Below are positions 17,447 through 27,486 of a stretch of 64,000 nucleotides of DNA, in pieces (position 1 is the first letter of the stretch; each line of letters starts with the position of its first letter). The stretch spans positions 24,929 through 88,928 of the forward strand of contig CAZQTD010000002.1 in the NCBI GenBank assembly GCA_964596355.1, read 5' to 3'. A program made the translations under genes and the position numbers. The notes under the pieces are model-generated. The model made no database searches. It was given only the letters and a program-made list of their open reading frames with translations, and had not been told where the DNA came from. The stretch is from an uncultured Gammaproteobacteria bacterium (GTDB lineage: Bacteria > Patescibacteriota > Microgenomatia > UBA10105 > UBA927).

Positions 17447-18691
17447 ATGCTTGATATCACATATATACGAAACAATTTAGAGCGTTGCAAAGCCGCGGCA
17501 AAAAATAAAAAACGTGAGGTATTGTGGGATACGCTATTGTCGCTTGATATAAAACGGCGCGAACTTATTGGCCAGTGGGAAAAGTTGCGCGCAGCGCGCA
17601 ATAAAATTTCAGGCAATAATGAAAACGGTCGGGAAGAAGGGAAAAAGCTTAAGGTGGCGCTGAAAACTCTTGAAGAAGAATTGCGAAACGTTGAAGCGGA
17701 ATTTGAGGCGTTGATGCTCACGGTTCCCAATGTCCCAGACCCTTCGGTTCCTATTGGGAAGGGGGCAGATGGAAATAAGGAGGTTAAAAAATGGGGGACA
17801 ATTCCAACGTTTGATTTTACGCCTAAAGACCACGTGGAGCTTGCAACGTCATTGGATTTAATTGATTTTGAGCGAGGAGCAAAAGTTGGCGGGTCGCGTG
17901 CGTATTTTTTGAAAAACGAAGGCGCACAGCTTGAATTTGCTCTCCTTTATTATACGTATTGTAGGCTTATTAATAAAGGCTATACGCCGCTCATTGCGCC
18001 AAGCCTTGTGCGTGAGTTTACGCTGGTGGGCAGCGGGCAGTTTCCGTGGGGAAAAGAAGAGGTATATAAGATCGAAAAAGATGGCGTATTTCTTGCCGGT
18101 ACCGCAGAGGTGCCGGTGACAGCATATTTTGCCGACGAGATCCTCACAGCCGACGATCTGCCACAAAAATTCGTTGCATTTTCTCCGTGCTTTCGCAGAG
18201 AGGCGGGGAGCTATGGGAAGGATACGAGAGGGGTTTATAGATTACACCAATTTAATAAAATTGAACAAGTTATTATCACAACTGCGGAAACGAACAATTC
18301 TCTTGCTCTACACGAAGAATTATTGGCTAACGCAGAAGAAATTTTACAGGTATTGGAACTTCCGTACCGTGTGCTTCTCATGTGTACAGGCGACATGGGC
18401 GAACCGCAAGTAAAAAAATATGATATTGAAGCATGGATGCCCGGCAGAAACGCATATGGCGAAACGATGTCAAATTCATTTATGGGAGATTTTCAAGCTA
18501 GAAGACTCAAAATCCGATACAAAACTAAGGACGGCAAAACAATGTTTTGCCATACACTCAACAATACTGCTATTGCTTCTCCAAGAATTCTGATTGCGAT
18601 TTTGGAACACTACCAACAGAAAGACGGGTCCGTAATCATCCCGAAAGTCCTGCGGCCACTTATGGGAAAAGATGTGATTACACGGTCATAG
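17447..18691 (+). CDS. serS: seryl-tRNA synthetase
   Basis: Start refined to MLDITYIRNN, the canonical SerRS N-terminus. Coiled-coil arm followed by a class II core (GSGQFPWGKEE...). Confidence 0.9.
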   Translation: MLDITYIRNNLERCKAAAKNKKREVLWDTLLSLDIKRRELIGQWEKLRAARNKISGNNENGREEGKKLKVALKTLEEELRNVEAEFEALMLTVPNVPDPSVPIGKGADGNKEVKKWGTIPTFDFTPKDHVELATSLDLIDFERGAKVGGSRAYFLKNEGAQLEFALLYYTYCRLINKGYTPLIAPSLVREFTLVGSGQFPWGKEEVYKIEKDGVFLAGTAEVPVTAYFADEILTADDLPQKFVAFSPCFRREAGSYGKDTRGVYRLHQFNKIEQVIITTAETNNSLALHEELLANAEEILQVLELPYRVLLMCTGDMGEPQVKKYDIEAWMPGRNAYGETMSNSFMGDFQARRLKIRYKTKDGKTMFCHTLNNTAIASPRILIAILEHYQQKDGSVIIPKVLRPLMGKDVITRS

Positions 18692-18736
18692 CGCAATGCC
18701 AACAGCATTCTCACAGCGTCTTATTTCAAGATTGCA

Positions 18737-19402
18737 ATGGGACGCTCCATTGACACCATGGATGTTCTTTCGTTCATAATTCCCCGATCGCTTTTCAGGA
18801 CTTGTTCTCCATATAACAAAGACATTGACGTTATCAATTGGAAAGGCAAGCGCATGCTTTATGCCAACGGCATCCAGCAGTCCGGACATTACACTGTTAA
18901 GCTCTGGAAGCGCGCATGTGGCGAACTCCAGCTTATGCTGCCAGAGGCGCAAACTATCCTCGTATTGGGTGTTGGAGGAGGGACGGTATTTCCATTGCTT
19001 CGTTCACTGTATCCGGCAGCAGCCATAACCGGCGTTGATATTGATAAGGAAATACTCCGCGTTGCCAAACAGTATTTCGCTTCTCATGTAAGCGCCGCTG
19101 GCATTCTTGATGCTTCCGACGCGCGCGATTGGGTGGTGCGGGCGAAAAAAATAAAAAAGCGATTCGATTGCATCATTGTCGATCTCTATATTGGCAATGA
19201 TGTACCGACATTTGTTGCAGAAAAACCTTTTCTTGCGAACCTTGCGCGCATTCTTGCGCCTCGGGGCATTGTGGCAATAAATTACTTTAGCAGCGCAGAG
19301 CATAAGAAACGATCGAAGGTTCTTTTTGATAGACTCGTGCGCACTTATCATTCCGTAACAAGAAGAGATGTCTATTGCAATACATTCTTTTTTTGTTCCT
19401 AG
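18737..19402 (+). CDS. class I SAM-dependent methyltransferase (spermidine-synthase-like fold)
   Basis: VLGVGGGT glycine-rich SAM motif, the acidic DID motif, and the D-loop IIVDLY. Specific function unknown. Confidence 0.5.
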   Translation: MGRSIDTMDVLSFIIPRSLFRTCSPYNKDIDVINWKGKRMLYANGIQQSGHYTVKLWKRACGELQLMLPEAQTILVLGVGGGTVFPLLRSLYPAAAITGVDIDKEILRVAKQYFASHVSAAGILDASDARDWVVRAKKIKKRFDCIIVDLYIGNDVPTFVAEKPFLANLARILAPRGIVAINYFSSAEHKKRSKVLFDRLVRTYHSVTRRDVYCNTFFFCS

Positions 19403-19475
19403 CTGATTGTTAGCGCATCGAATCGTCGGTCCAGTTCTGCGGATGAAGTCAAGGTTTGTGTTACAATAGGGTACC

Positions 19476-22181
19476 ATGTTCAAGTTTTTAGGGAAATTCC
19501 TCGACAGCAACGAAAAAGAAATAGCACGTCTTCGACAGATTGTAGAAAAAATTAACGCGCTCGAAGGCGACATGCGCAAGGTGAAGACACCGGTTAAAAA
19601 AACCGCAGAACTGCGCATGCGCCTTGAAAAGGGGTTGACACTCGATGATATACTCCCCGAAGCATTTGCGCTTGTGCGGGAGGTTTCGCGCCGTACGATT
19701 GGACAACGGCATTACGACGTGCAACTTATGGCGGCGCTTACGCTCCATATGGGAAAAATCGCCGAGCAAAAAACCGGCGAGGGTAAAACACTTTCGGCAA
19801 TTCCTGCGCTCTACCTTAACGCCCTTTCAGGGCATGGGGCGCACCTAGTGACTGTTAACGATTATTTGGCACGCCGCGACGCGGGATGGATGGGGCCGAT
19901 CTTTCATGAGCTGGGACTTACGACCGCTGCGATTATCAGTGAGCAATCGTTTCTGTATGATCCGGGTTTTGAAGATCCCAATGCCGCGGATTGGCGCCTT
20001 AAACACCTTAGGCCAATCACGCGGAAGGAAGCGTATCAGGCGGATATTACGTACGGCATAAATAGCGAATACGGGTTCGATTATCTCCGCGATAACATGG
20101 CGTCAGATTTGTCGCAGACTGTCCAGCGTGAATACCACTATGCGGTAGTGGATGAGGTAGACTCGGTGCTTATTGATGAAGCGAGGACCCCTCACATTAT
20201 TTCCGCGCCGGATACGGAGGCAACGCACGCGTATTACGATTACGCGGCGCTTGTGGGCAAGCTCAATCGCGATACAGATTTTATCATTGACGAAAAACTT
20301 CGCACCGCGCATCTTACTGATCATGGAATAGTAAAAGTAGAAAAGCTTCTAGGCATCGGGAATATCTACGAAAAAGATTTTGAAACCGTTCACCATATAG
20401 AAGCGGCACTGAAAGCTCGAACGCTTTTTATTCGCGAGCGCGATTATATTGTAAAAGACGGCCAAGTCATTATCGTCGACGAGTTTACCGGCAGGCTTCT
20501 TCATGGTCGGCGATTTAGCGAAGGCATCCATCAGGCGATAGAAGCCAAAGAAGGTGTCCCAATTCAGCAGGAGAGTAAAACGCTTGCGACGGTGAGCTTG
20601 CAAAACTATTTCCGCATGTATCAAAAACTGGCCGGCATGACGGGAACAGCGGCGACAGAGGCGGAAGAATTTCATAAAATATACGGTCTTGACGTGACCA
20701 TCATTCCTACGCATCGGCCGATGATTCGTCGTGATTTCGCCGACAGCGTGTATAAAACGCCGCGCGCCAAATACGCCGCGATTGTGGAAGACATTATCGC
20801 ATGTCACAAAAAGGGACAGCCGGTTTTGGTAGGCACCACGTCGATAGATAAAAATGAAATTATCAGCGAATTCTTACGAAGGAAAGGCGTCCCACATCAA
20901 GTGCTGAACGCCAAAAATCATTTGCAGGAAGCTATGATTATTTCCGATGCCGGCAAAAAAGGGAGCGTGACCGTTGCAACCAACATGGCTGGTCGCGGGG
21001 TGGACATCATCTTGGGTGGGTCGCGCAAAGAAAAGTGGGAAGTTGCGAGTCAGCAAGAGTGGGAGCACGAAGAAAAACAGTGGCAGAAGCGCCACGATGA
21101 GGTTATCGCACTGGGCGGCCTTCATGTCATCGGCACGGAGCGGCATGAGTCTCGGCGCATAGATAATCAGTTGCGCGGCAGAAGCGGCCGGCAAGGAGAT
21201 CCGGGGACGAGCAGGTTTTATGTATCCCTTGAAGATGACATCATGCGGCTTTTTGGCGGGGAGCAAGTTGCGCGCTTAATGACGATATTTAAACTTCCGG
21301 AAGATGTGCCGCTTGAGCACGGCATGGTGTCAAAAGCTATCGAGCAGGCGCAGGTGAGAGTTGAGGGATTTCATTTTGATTCACGCAAACACTTGGTTGA
21401 TTATGACGATGTACTTAATAAACAGCGCGAGATTGTATATAAACGCAGACGCAAAATTCTGGAAGGCGAGCGGTTAAAAGACACAATCCTTTCAAGCATT
21501 AGGTCGGAAATTGCCAATGTCGTTACGCTCTATGCCGATGAAAAGAATTCACAGCTTGATCGGGAAAAAATACTTTCTGAATTTGTCTCCATCATCCCTT
21601 TTGATGAAGCGTCGCAAAAGCACCTACGCGCACAGCTTATGCAATGTCACGCGGTTGAGGAAATGATTGATGTTCTGACAAAACTGGCGACTGATATGTA
21701 TAGCATGCGGGAGAATCAGGTGACGCCGGAGGTCATGGGGCAGATCGAGCGGTGGGTAAGCTTAAGTGTCATTGATAATCTTTGGATGGATCATCTGGAT
21801 GCCATAGACGATCTACGGGAAGGCATCGGTCTTCGCGGCTACGGACAGAGGGATCCGCTGGTTGAATACAAAAATGAGGCATTTTCGATGTTTGAGCGGC
21901 TTATGGCGACAATTGACAGTGAAATCGTTCATAGAATTTTTAAAGTGCAGGTGCAGACATCCTCCTCTCAAGCGCAACAGTCCTTAGCATACAAGCCAGC
22001 GGGTAAAGACGAAACGCCAAAAATTGAAACGAAGTTAAGTGCTGCCGCCAAAAGGGCGCGTAGTGCGGAAAGTTCCCACACGCCGATCGTCAGTGCAAAG
22101 AAAAGCCTTGGCCGCAATGACCCCTGCCCTTGCGGCTCAGGGAAAAAGTGGAAGAAATGCCACTATCCCAATGTCCCGTAG
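19476..22181 (+). CDS. secA: preprotein translocase ATPase SecA
   Basis: 901 aa with DEAD-like motor domains and a C-terminal zinc finger CPCGSGKKWKKCH. Confidence 0.95.
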   Translation: MFKFLGKFLDSNEKEIARLRQIVEKINALEGDMRKVKTPVKKTAELRMRLEKGLTLDDILPEAFALVREVSRRTIGQRHYDVQLMAALTLHMGKIAEQKTGEGKTLSAIPALYLNALSGHGAHLVTVNDYLARRDAGWMGPIFHELGLTTAAIISEQSFLYDPGFEDPNAADWRLKHLRPITRKEAYQADITYGINSEYGFDYLRDNMASDLSQTVQREYHYAVVDEVDSVLIDEARTPHIISAPDTEATHAYYDYAALVGKLNRDTDFIIDEKLRTAHLTDHGIVKVEKLLGIGNIYEKDFETVHHIEAALKARTLFIRERDYIVKDGQVIIVDEFTGRLLHGRRFSEGIHQAIEAKEGVPIQQESKTLATVSLQNYFRMYQKLAGMTGTAATEAEEFHKIYGLDVTIIPTHRPMIRRDFADSVYKTPRAKYAAIVEDIIACHKKGQPVLVGTTSIDKNEIISEFLRRKGVPHQVLNAKNHLQEAMIISDAGKKGSVTVATNMAGRGVDIILGGSRKEKWEVASQQEWEHEEKQWQKRHDEVIALGGLHVIGTERHESRRIDNQLRGRSGRQGDPGTSRFYVSLEDDIMRLFGGEQVARLMTIFKLPEDVPLEHGMVSKAIEQAQVRVEGFHFDSRKHLVDYDDVLNKQREIVYKRRRKILEGERLKDTILSSIRSEIANVVTLYADEKNSQLDREKILSEFVSIIPFDEASQKHLRAQLMQCHAVEEMIDVLTKLATDMYSMRENQVTPEVMGQIERWVSLSVIDNLWMDHLDAIDDLREGIGLRGYGQRDPLVEYKNEAFSMFERLMATIDSEIVHRIFKVQVQTSSSQAQQSLAYKPAGKDETPKIETKLSAAAKRARSAESSHTPIVSAKKSLGRNDPCPCGSGKKWKKCHYPNVP

Positions 22182-22220
22182 GTGTCTAGCTAACACACCA
22201 CGGGGGCGTGAAGCGATCTT

Positions 22221-23396
22221 ATGATCAAGCTCATTAAATCGACGTTTTATAAGGAAAAGAAAACAATTAGCGCGCTTACGGCATTTTTACGAACCGCAAA
22301 ACAGTTAAGTTATGGGACCCAGTGTGAGCTTTTTCAGAAGGAATTTGCTCTGTGGCAGGGAAGGAAGCATTGCATATTCGTCAACAGTGGAAGTTCCGCA
22401 AACCTTGCTATTATCCAAGTGCTCCTCAATATCGGGAAGCTTAAAAGGGGCGATCGCGTCGGGTTTTCTGCTGTGACGTGGTCAACCAATGTGATGCCGA
22501 TTATTGAGTTGGGATTGACCGCAGTGCCGATTGACGTTGAACTTTCGACGCTGAATATTTCATCAAGAACCCTTGCAGACGCCCTTTCGCGATATACGCT
22601 TAACGCGCTTTTTTTAACGCACCTGCTGGGGTTTTGTGATGATGTAGAAAACATTATTTCATGGTGCAACGCGCATAATATAATCGTTATTGAAGATACG
22701 TGCGAATCGTTGGGTACGGAGTATAAAAAGATTAAGCTTGGAAATTTCGGGTTAGCGAGCACGTTTTCTTTTTACGTCGGCCATCATATGTCGACGATAG
22801 AAGGCGGGGCGGTATGTACCGATGATGAGGATCTTGCAACGATGCTCTACCTTGTTCGTGCGCACGGATGGGACAGGAATTTAACGTATGCGAAACAGTC
22901 AGAAATACGCAAAAAATTTAACGTCAATTCCGAGTTCTACTCCCGCTATACGTTTTATGATCTGGGGTACAATCTGCGGCCGACGGAAATAGCGGGGTTT
23001 TTAGGAAGAAATCAGCTTCCACATTTGCCGGAAATTATTGCCAAGAGGCAAAAAAATTTTGAGTATTTTGCGGAGCATCTGTATTCGCTTCCCGATACGT
23101 ATTATCCGATACGAACCGATCATCTGGATATCGTGTCGAACTTTGCCGTCCCCCTCATTTGCAAGACGCGTCAAATCCGCGACGACAAGGTGAAACAATG
23201 CGACGGAAAAATAGAGATTCGTCCTATCGTAGGAGGCGACATCGTGGCCCAGCCTTTTTTCAAAAAATACGCCGGCGATACGTCTCTCCCGCCAACTCCC
23301 AATGCGGCGCGAATTCACACGCAGGGATTTTATTTCGCCAATAATCCGGAATTATCGGAAAAGGAAAAACAAACAATCGTTTCAATACTTTCTTAA
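22221..23396 (+). CDS. DegT/DnrJ/EryC1/StrS family PLP-dependent sugar aminotransferase
   Basis: Characteristic IIVIEDTCESLG...GHHMSTIEGG region of DegT-family aminotransferases (ArnB/PglE-like). Confidence 0.8.
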   Translation: MIKLIKSTFYKEKKTISALTAFLRTAKQLSYGTQCELFQKEFALWQGRKHCIFVNSGSSANLAIIQVLLNIGKLKRGDRVGFSAVTWSTNVMPIIELGLTAVPIDVELSTLNISSRTLADALSRYTLNALFLTHLLGFCDDVENIISWCNAHNIIVIEDTCESLGTEYKKIKLGNFGLASTFSFYVGHHMSTIEGGAVCTDDEDLATMLYLVRAHGWDRNLTYAKQSEIRKKFNVNSEFYSRYTFYDLGYNLRPTEIAGFLGRNQLPHLPEIIAKRQKNFEYFAEHLYSLPDTYYPIRTDHLDIVSNFAVPLICKTRQIRDDKVKQCDGKIEIRPIVGGDIVAQPFFKKYAGDTSLPPTPNAARIHTQGFYFANNPELSEKEKQTIVSILS

Positions 23397-23408
23397 CATT
23401 TTACACCC

Positions 23409-24119
23409 ATGTATTCGCGTATTGGCATTGTTATCCCTGCATACAATGAGACGAAGAATTTGGAACAGCTTGTGCCGCAGATTCTTTCCCTCTACAAAGG
23501 CATCCGCGTTGTTATAGTAGACGATTCAGAAGAGTCGGAATCAAAAAGACTTGCTCGCGCAATCAAGCGACTAGGCAGAGGAATCCGCATCATTATGCGC
23601 GGGAAAAAATCCGGCAGAGGAGGCGCGGTGCGCGAAGGGATGATACATTTAATGAGCAATCCTCGTATTGACTTCATTATTGAAATGGATGCGGATTTGG
23701 CGCATAAGCCAGAAGAAATTCTCTTGCTTCTAAACAAAAAAGACAGCGCAGATCTTGTTATCGGCTCGCGGTACCTCAACAAAAGCAGCATTATCAGGTG
23801 GCCTCTGCGGCGGCGCATCCAAAGCAAGCTCATTAATGCATTTTTACGCATATGGTTGGGTTTAAACATTCGTGATTTCACCAACGGGTTTCGACTCTAT
23901 AGTAGGCGCGCGGCAGACACACTTCTTAAAGCAAATCTGCGAGAAACAGGCTATATTGCACTCTCTGAAATGGCGTATGTATTAAAGCATACAGGATGCA
24001 CGATCCGCGAAGTTCCCACTACTTTCACCGACAGAACATACGGCAAATCCAATGCGGATACCAAAGAGCTCATTCGCTCTCTTATTGGTGCTATTCGCAC
24101 GAAATTTGTTCACAAATGA
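23409..24119 (+). CDS. GT2 polyprenol-phosphate glycosyltransferase (Dpm1/ArnC/GtrB-like)
   Basis: IVIPAYNE N-terminal motif, VVIVDDSEE and DADLAH (DxD). 236 aa, the length of soluble Dpm1-like enzymes. Confidence 0.75.
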   Translation: MYSRIGIVIPAYNETKNLEQLVPQILSLYKGIRVVIVDDSEESESKRLARAIKRLGRGIRIIMRGKKSGRGGAVREGMIHLMSNPRIDFIIEMDADLAHKPEEILLLLNKKDSADLVIGSRYLNKSSIIRWPLRRRIQSKLINAFLRIWLGLNIRDFTNGFRLYSRRAADTLLKANLRETGYIALSEMAYVLKHTGCTIREVPTTFTDRTYGKSNADTKELIRSLIGAIRTKFVHK

Positions 24120-24123
24120 TCTC

Positions 24124-24152
24124 TTGAGTAATACGGTGAGGTTTATTACAAT
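24124..24152 (+). promoter_or_regulatory. candidate sigma70 promoter for the DsbA-like gene (TTGAGT-N17-TACAAT)
   Basis: TTGAGT at 24124-24129 and TACAAT at 24147-24152. The downstream Shine-Dalgarno AAGGAGG lies 6 nt before the ATG at 24188. The region has a tandem TTATTACAA duplication. Confidence 0.3.
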
Positions 24153-24187
24153 TATTACAATAATGATATGAGGCGATAAGGAGGAGT

Positions 24188-24961
24188 ATGGAAAAGTCTA
24201 GTAGATTGAAGAAACTGCCGTTTATCAGCGCGATAACTGTTCAGGGAATTTTGGTCGCGGCCCTTATCGTCAGTGCGTTTTTCATGGGATCGCTGTGGAC
24301 AAAGGTGAAAATGTTAGAAAAAGGAGGAGCGGCAGGAATAGCAAGAAAACCGGGAGTTCCCGCCACTGGCTCACCGGTTGCGACGTTTACACCCACGCCG
24401 TCGCCCGTTCCGCCAAAATTAGAGAAAGACGACTACGTACTGGGAAGCGACAATGCGCGGATCATCCTTTTTGAGTATTCAGACCTGGAGTGCCCGTTTT
24501 GTAAACGATTCCATCCAACGGCACAGCAGATTCTTAAAGAATACCAAGGAAAAGTAAAATGGGTGTACCGTCACTACCCGCTTTCGTTTCATGCCAACGC
24601 ACAGAAGGAGTCGGAGGCGGCCGAATGCGCGGGCGAGCTTGGCGGGAATACCGCGTTTTGGAAGTATATCGATGCCATTTATGAACGCACGACATCAAAC
24701 GGCACTGGTTTTGCGCTTGAGAAATTGACGCCGCTAGCCGTTGAGTTGGGGCTTAACCAAAAGCAGTTTCAGACGTGTCTTGATAGCGGCAAACATGCGC
24801 AGAGAATTCAGAATCAGATGGCGCAGGGGATAAAAGAAGGCGTCACCGGTACGCCGGGAAACATTCTGTTGGATAGTAAAACCGGGAAGACGACGAGTAT
24901 TCCTGGCGCGGTTCCATTCGAGCAAATTAAACCAGTGATAGATGAAATGTTGCAATCATAA
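24188..24961 (+). CDS. DsbA-like thiol:disulfide oxidoreductase, membrane-anchored
   Basis: N-terminal TM helix, thioredoxin fold with CPFC active site ([14 protein letters not shown]). A Pro/Thr-rich stretch lies between the anchor and the domain. Confidence 0.7.
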   Translation: MEKSSRLKKLPFISAITVQGILVAALIVSAFFMGSLWTKVKMLEKGGAAGIARKPGVPATGSPVATFTPTPSPVPPKLEKDDYVLGSDNARIILFEYSDLECPFCKRFHPTAQQILKEYQGKVKWVYRHYPLSFHANAQKESEAAECAGELGGNTAFWKYIDAIYERTTSNGTGFALEKLTPLAVELGLNQKQFQTCLDSGKHAQRIQNQMAQGIKEGVTGTPGNILLDSKTGKTTSIPGAVPFEQIKPVIDEMLQS

Positions 24962-25966
24962 CCGGCGTTCAACGCGTTTTCCCAGATGAGCAAGTGCCTG
25001 CGGGGTGGCGATCCTTCCGCGGGGCGTGCGTTTCAAAAATCCAATCTGCATAATATAAGGCTCCAGAACCTCTTCTACCGTGCCAATATCCTCTGAAAGG
25101 GCTTGAGCAAGCGTTTCTACGCCAACAGGCCCGCCCTGAAACGTTTCAATAATTGTCAGAAGCAGTCTTCGGTCAGATGCATCCAAGCCGGCGCTATCGA
25201 CTTCGAGCATTCGGAAAGCGTGGGTTAAAATATCGTCTGTTACTTCGCCATTGCCGCGCACTTGCGCAACGTCTCTCACGCGTTTAAGGAGACGCAGGGC
25301 GATTCTCGGCGTGCCCCGGCTGCGGGATGCAAGTTCGCGCCTCGCTTTTTTATCAATGGCAATTCCGAGCTTGCGGGCAGCCCGTTCTATAATCTGTTCG
25401 AGGTCCTTGGGATCATAAAATGGAAGCCGTGCAATAAGACCAAACCGGTCGCGCATAGGGGATGACAGAAGTCCGATGCGCGTCGTAGCTCCCACAATTG
25501 TAAAATGAGGAAGATCAAGCCGAAGCGTTCGCGCCGACGGACCTTTGCCGATGATAATATCAAGCGCGTAATCTTCCATAGCGGGATAGAGTGTTTCTTC
25601 GACTGCTTTGTTGAGTCTGTGAATTTCGTCAATAAAGAGGATATCGCCTGATTCAAGATTGGTAAGGATTGAAGCCAGATCGCCCGCTCGCTCAAGTGCC
25701 GGGCCGCTGGTCGTACGGACGTTCACGCCCATTTCTTTGCCGATGATGTGGGCAAGCGTTGTTTTACCAAGTCCCGGCGGGCCGTAAAGGAGGATGTGTT
25801 CAAGGGGTTCCTTGCGTTTTTTTGCAGCCGCAATAGCGACGCGCAGATTTTCTTTGACCGCATCCTGCCCTTGAAATTCGTTCCACGAAGACGCGCGAAG
25901 CGAAACAAACAGTCGCTCCTCTTCGGGGGTGGCTTTTTCTTGGATTGCATCGTTTTGCTTGTTCAT
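24956..25966 (-). CDS. ruvB: Holliday junction helicase RuvB
   Basis: Walker [15 protein letters not shown] and RuvB sensor motifs. Start set to MNKQND, just downstream of the ruvA stop. Confidence 0.9.
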   Translation of the reverse strand: MNKQNDAIQEKATPEEERLFVSLRASSWNEFQGQDAVKENLRVAIAAAKKRKEPLEHILLYGPPGLGKTTLAHIIGKEMGVNVRTTSGPALERAGDLASILTNLESGDILFIDEIHRLNKAVEETLYPAMEDYALDIIIGKGPSARTLRLDLPHFTIVGATTRIGLLSSPMRDRFGLIARLPFYDPKDLEQIIERAARKLGIAIDKKARRELASRSRGTPRIALRLLKRVRDVAQVRGNGEVTDDILTHAFRMLEVDSAGLDASDRRLLLTIIETFQGGPVGVETLAQALSEDIGTVEEVLEPYIMQIGFLKRTPRGRIATPQALAHLGKRVERRL

Positions 25967-25970
25967 ACCG

Positions 25971-26561
25971 TTAGCGGGTTTTGCCCAACAGTTTGAGAGC
26001 ATGACGAATTTTCAGCTCAAGCGAGCTGTCTTTTTCATCGAGCTTGCCAACCGTTTCGACAATTTCCTTGTGATCAAACCCCATGGATGCCAGCGCGTCG
26101 ATGAGCTGTCTGGTTTCACCCGTCGTGTCGCGGGATAGGTCCAGATCTTTAAGCCCCCCCAGCTTATTTTTGAGCTCTATAATGATTTTTTGGGCATTTT
26201 TTTTTCCAAGACGCGGAATGGTGGTAAAAAAATCTACGTCACCGGTGCGCACCGCGTGAACAATCGCGTCTGCCCCTCTGTCCATGACAGCAAGCGCGGT
26301 CTTCGGTCCGATACCGGGAACAATCAGGAGAAGTTCAAATAAATCCAATTCCTTCTGATTATTGAATCCATATAGCTCAAGAGCGTCTTCTCGTACGTGC
26401 GTATGAATGAACAGTGTGCACGCGTCTCCTTTGCGGGTTTGAGATATGAGGGTATTTGGGACAGAGACGACGTAGCCAACATCGTGGACATCAACAAGTA
26501 TTGAATGCAGAGAGTGCGATTCTATGGTTCCTGTGAGTTTCCCGATCATACTATTTGGCAA
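25971..26561 (-). CDS. ruvA: Holliday junction DNA-binding protein RuvA
   Basis: [10 protein letters not shown] start and HhH motifs (GIGPKTA). Gene order ruvC-ruvA-ruvB on the minus strand. Confidence 0.85.
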   Translation of the reverse strand: MPNSMIGKLTGTIESHSLHSILVDVHDVGYVVSVPNTLISQTRKGDACTLFIHTHVREDALELYGFNNQKELDLFELLLIVPGIGPKTALAVMDRGADAIVHAVRTGDVDFFTTIPRLGKKNAQKIIIELKNKLGGLKDLDLSRDTTGETRQLIDALASMGFDHKEIVETVGKLDEKDSSLELKIRHALKLLGKTR

Positions 26562-27039
26562 ATCGTTTCATCTTATAGCTGTATGCGTGCGTCATGGCTA
26601 TAGCAAGGGCATCTGCGGTATCGTCTAGTTTAGGTATCGATTTAAGAGAAAGGAGCTTGGTAACCATTGTCCCAACTTGCCTTTTATCCGCTTTGCCGTC
26701 GCCGCAGATAGCTCGCTTCACCGCAAGCGGAGAATATGATATCACGGGAATACCCGTCTTTGCAGCGATAAGAAGAATGACGCCGCGGGATTGTCCCACA
26801 CCGATTGCTGTTTTAGCATTGGTTGAAAAATAAAGTTCTTCAACAGCCATGCAGTCCGGTTTATGTTTCCGTAAAAGTTTGGCAATGGTATCGTATATGA
26901 ATGACAAACGGGCAGGAGAATCAAGCGTTTTTTGTGTTTCAACGCAGCCGTAAGAACGGGCTATAAGTGTGCCTGCATGCATCTGTATTACTGCCCATCC
27001 CACGCGTGCGATGCCCGGATCAACCCCCATGATAATCAT
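26551..27039 (-). CDS. ruvC: crossover junction endodeoxyribonuclease RuvC
   Basis: MIIMGVDPGIARVGWAV N-terminus with the catalytic Asp. Start trimmed to an internal Met matching canonical RuvC. Confidence 0.85.
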   Translation of the reverse strand: MIIMGVDPGIARVGWAVIQMHAGTLIARSYGCVETQKTLDSPARLSFIYDTIAKLLRKHKPDCMAVEELYFSTNAKTAIGVGQSRGVILLIAAKTGIPVISYSPLAVKRAICGDGKADKRQVGTMVTKLLSLKSIPKLDDTADALAIAMTHAYSYKMKRFAK

Positions 27040-27084
27040 CCTTGTAGTTATATCATGAATGTATAGCATATACTAGAAAGAGGT

Positions 27085-27465
27085 ATGGGATCGGTCATGC
27101 ATTTCTTTTTAGCGGTTGGTGTAGCCGGAGTAACACTTATCACGTCAAGCTTGGCGTGGCCCAAATTTACCACACAGGTGCGGCCTAAACTCCTTCAAGA
27201 TGTCTACGACGTTGTGGTGCGCACTCCGTGGGGAGCAAGAAGCGCGAACGTCTTGGGCGTTTCCGATGAAGCGCACGTAGAACCCATTAACTTCGGAGAG
27301 ATAGCTGGGACTGCAGTTTTAACTATACGACAAAGCATACATGATAGGATGCAGACGATCGTTGTGGGCAACACCATCAATCACTTGTCGCGGCAATTTG
27401 ACCATTTGCCTGAAGAAAAAAAGGAGCAACTCCGGAGCATTATTTGCGAGCCCCATGAACCATAA
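27085..27465 (+). CDS. hypothetical protein with N-terminal hydrophobic segment
   Basis: 126-aa ORF that fills the ruvC-prfB gap. It has a signal/TM-like N-terminus and no recognisable motif. Confidence 0.35.
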   Translation: MGSVMHFFLAVGVAGVTLITSSLAWPKFTTQVRPKLLQDVYDVVVRTPWGARSANVLGVSDEAHVEPINFGEIAGTAVLTIRQSIHDRMQTIVVGNTINHLSRQFDHLPEEKKEQLRSIICEPHEP

Positions 27466-27486
27466 AATGGTGGTACAATAGTTTGC

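Noticed and set aside
19004-19618. 204-aa minus-strand ORF spanning the methyltransferase 3' end and the secA start
   Set aside because: It overlaps two supported plus-strand genes and the secA promoter region. It has no domain signature.
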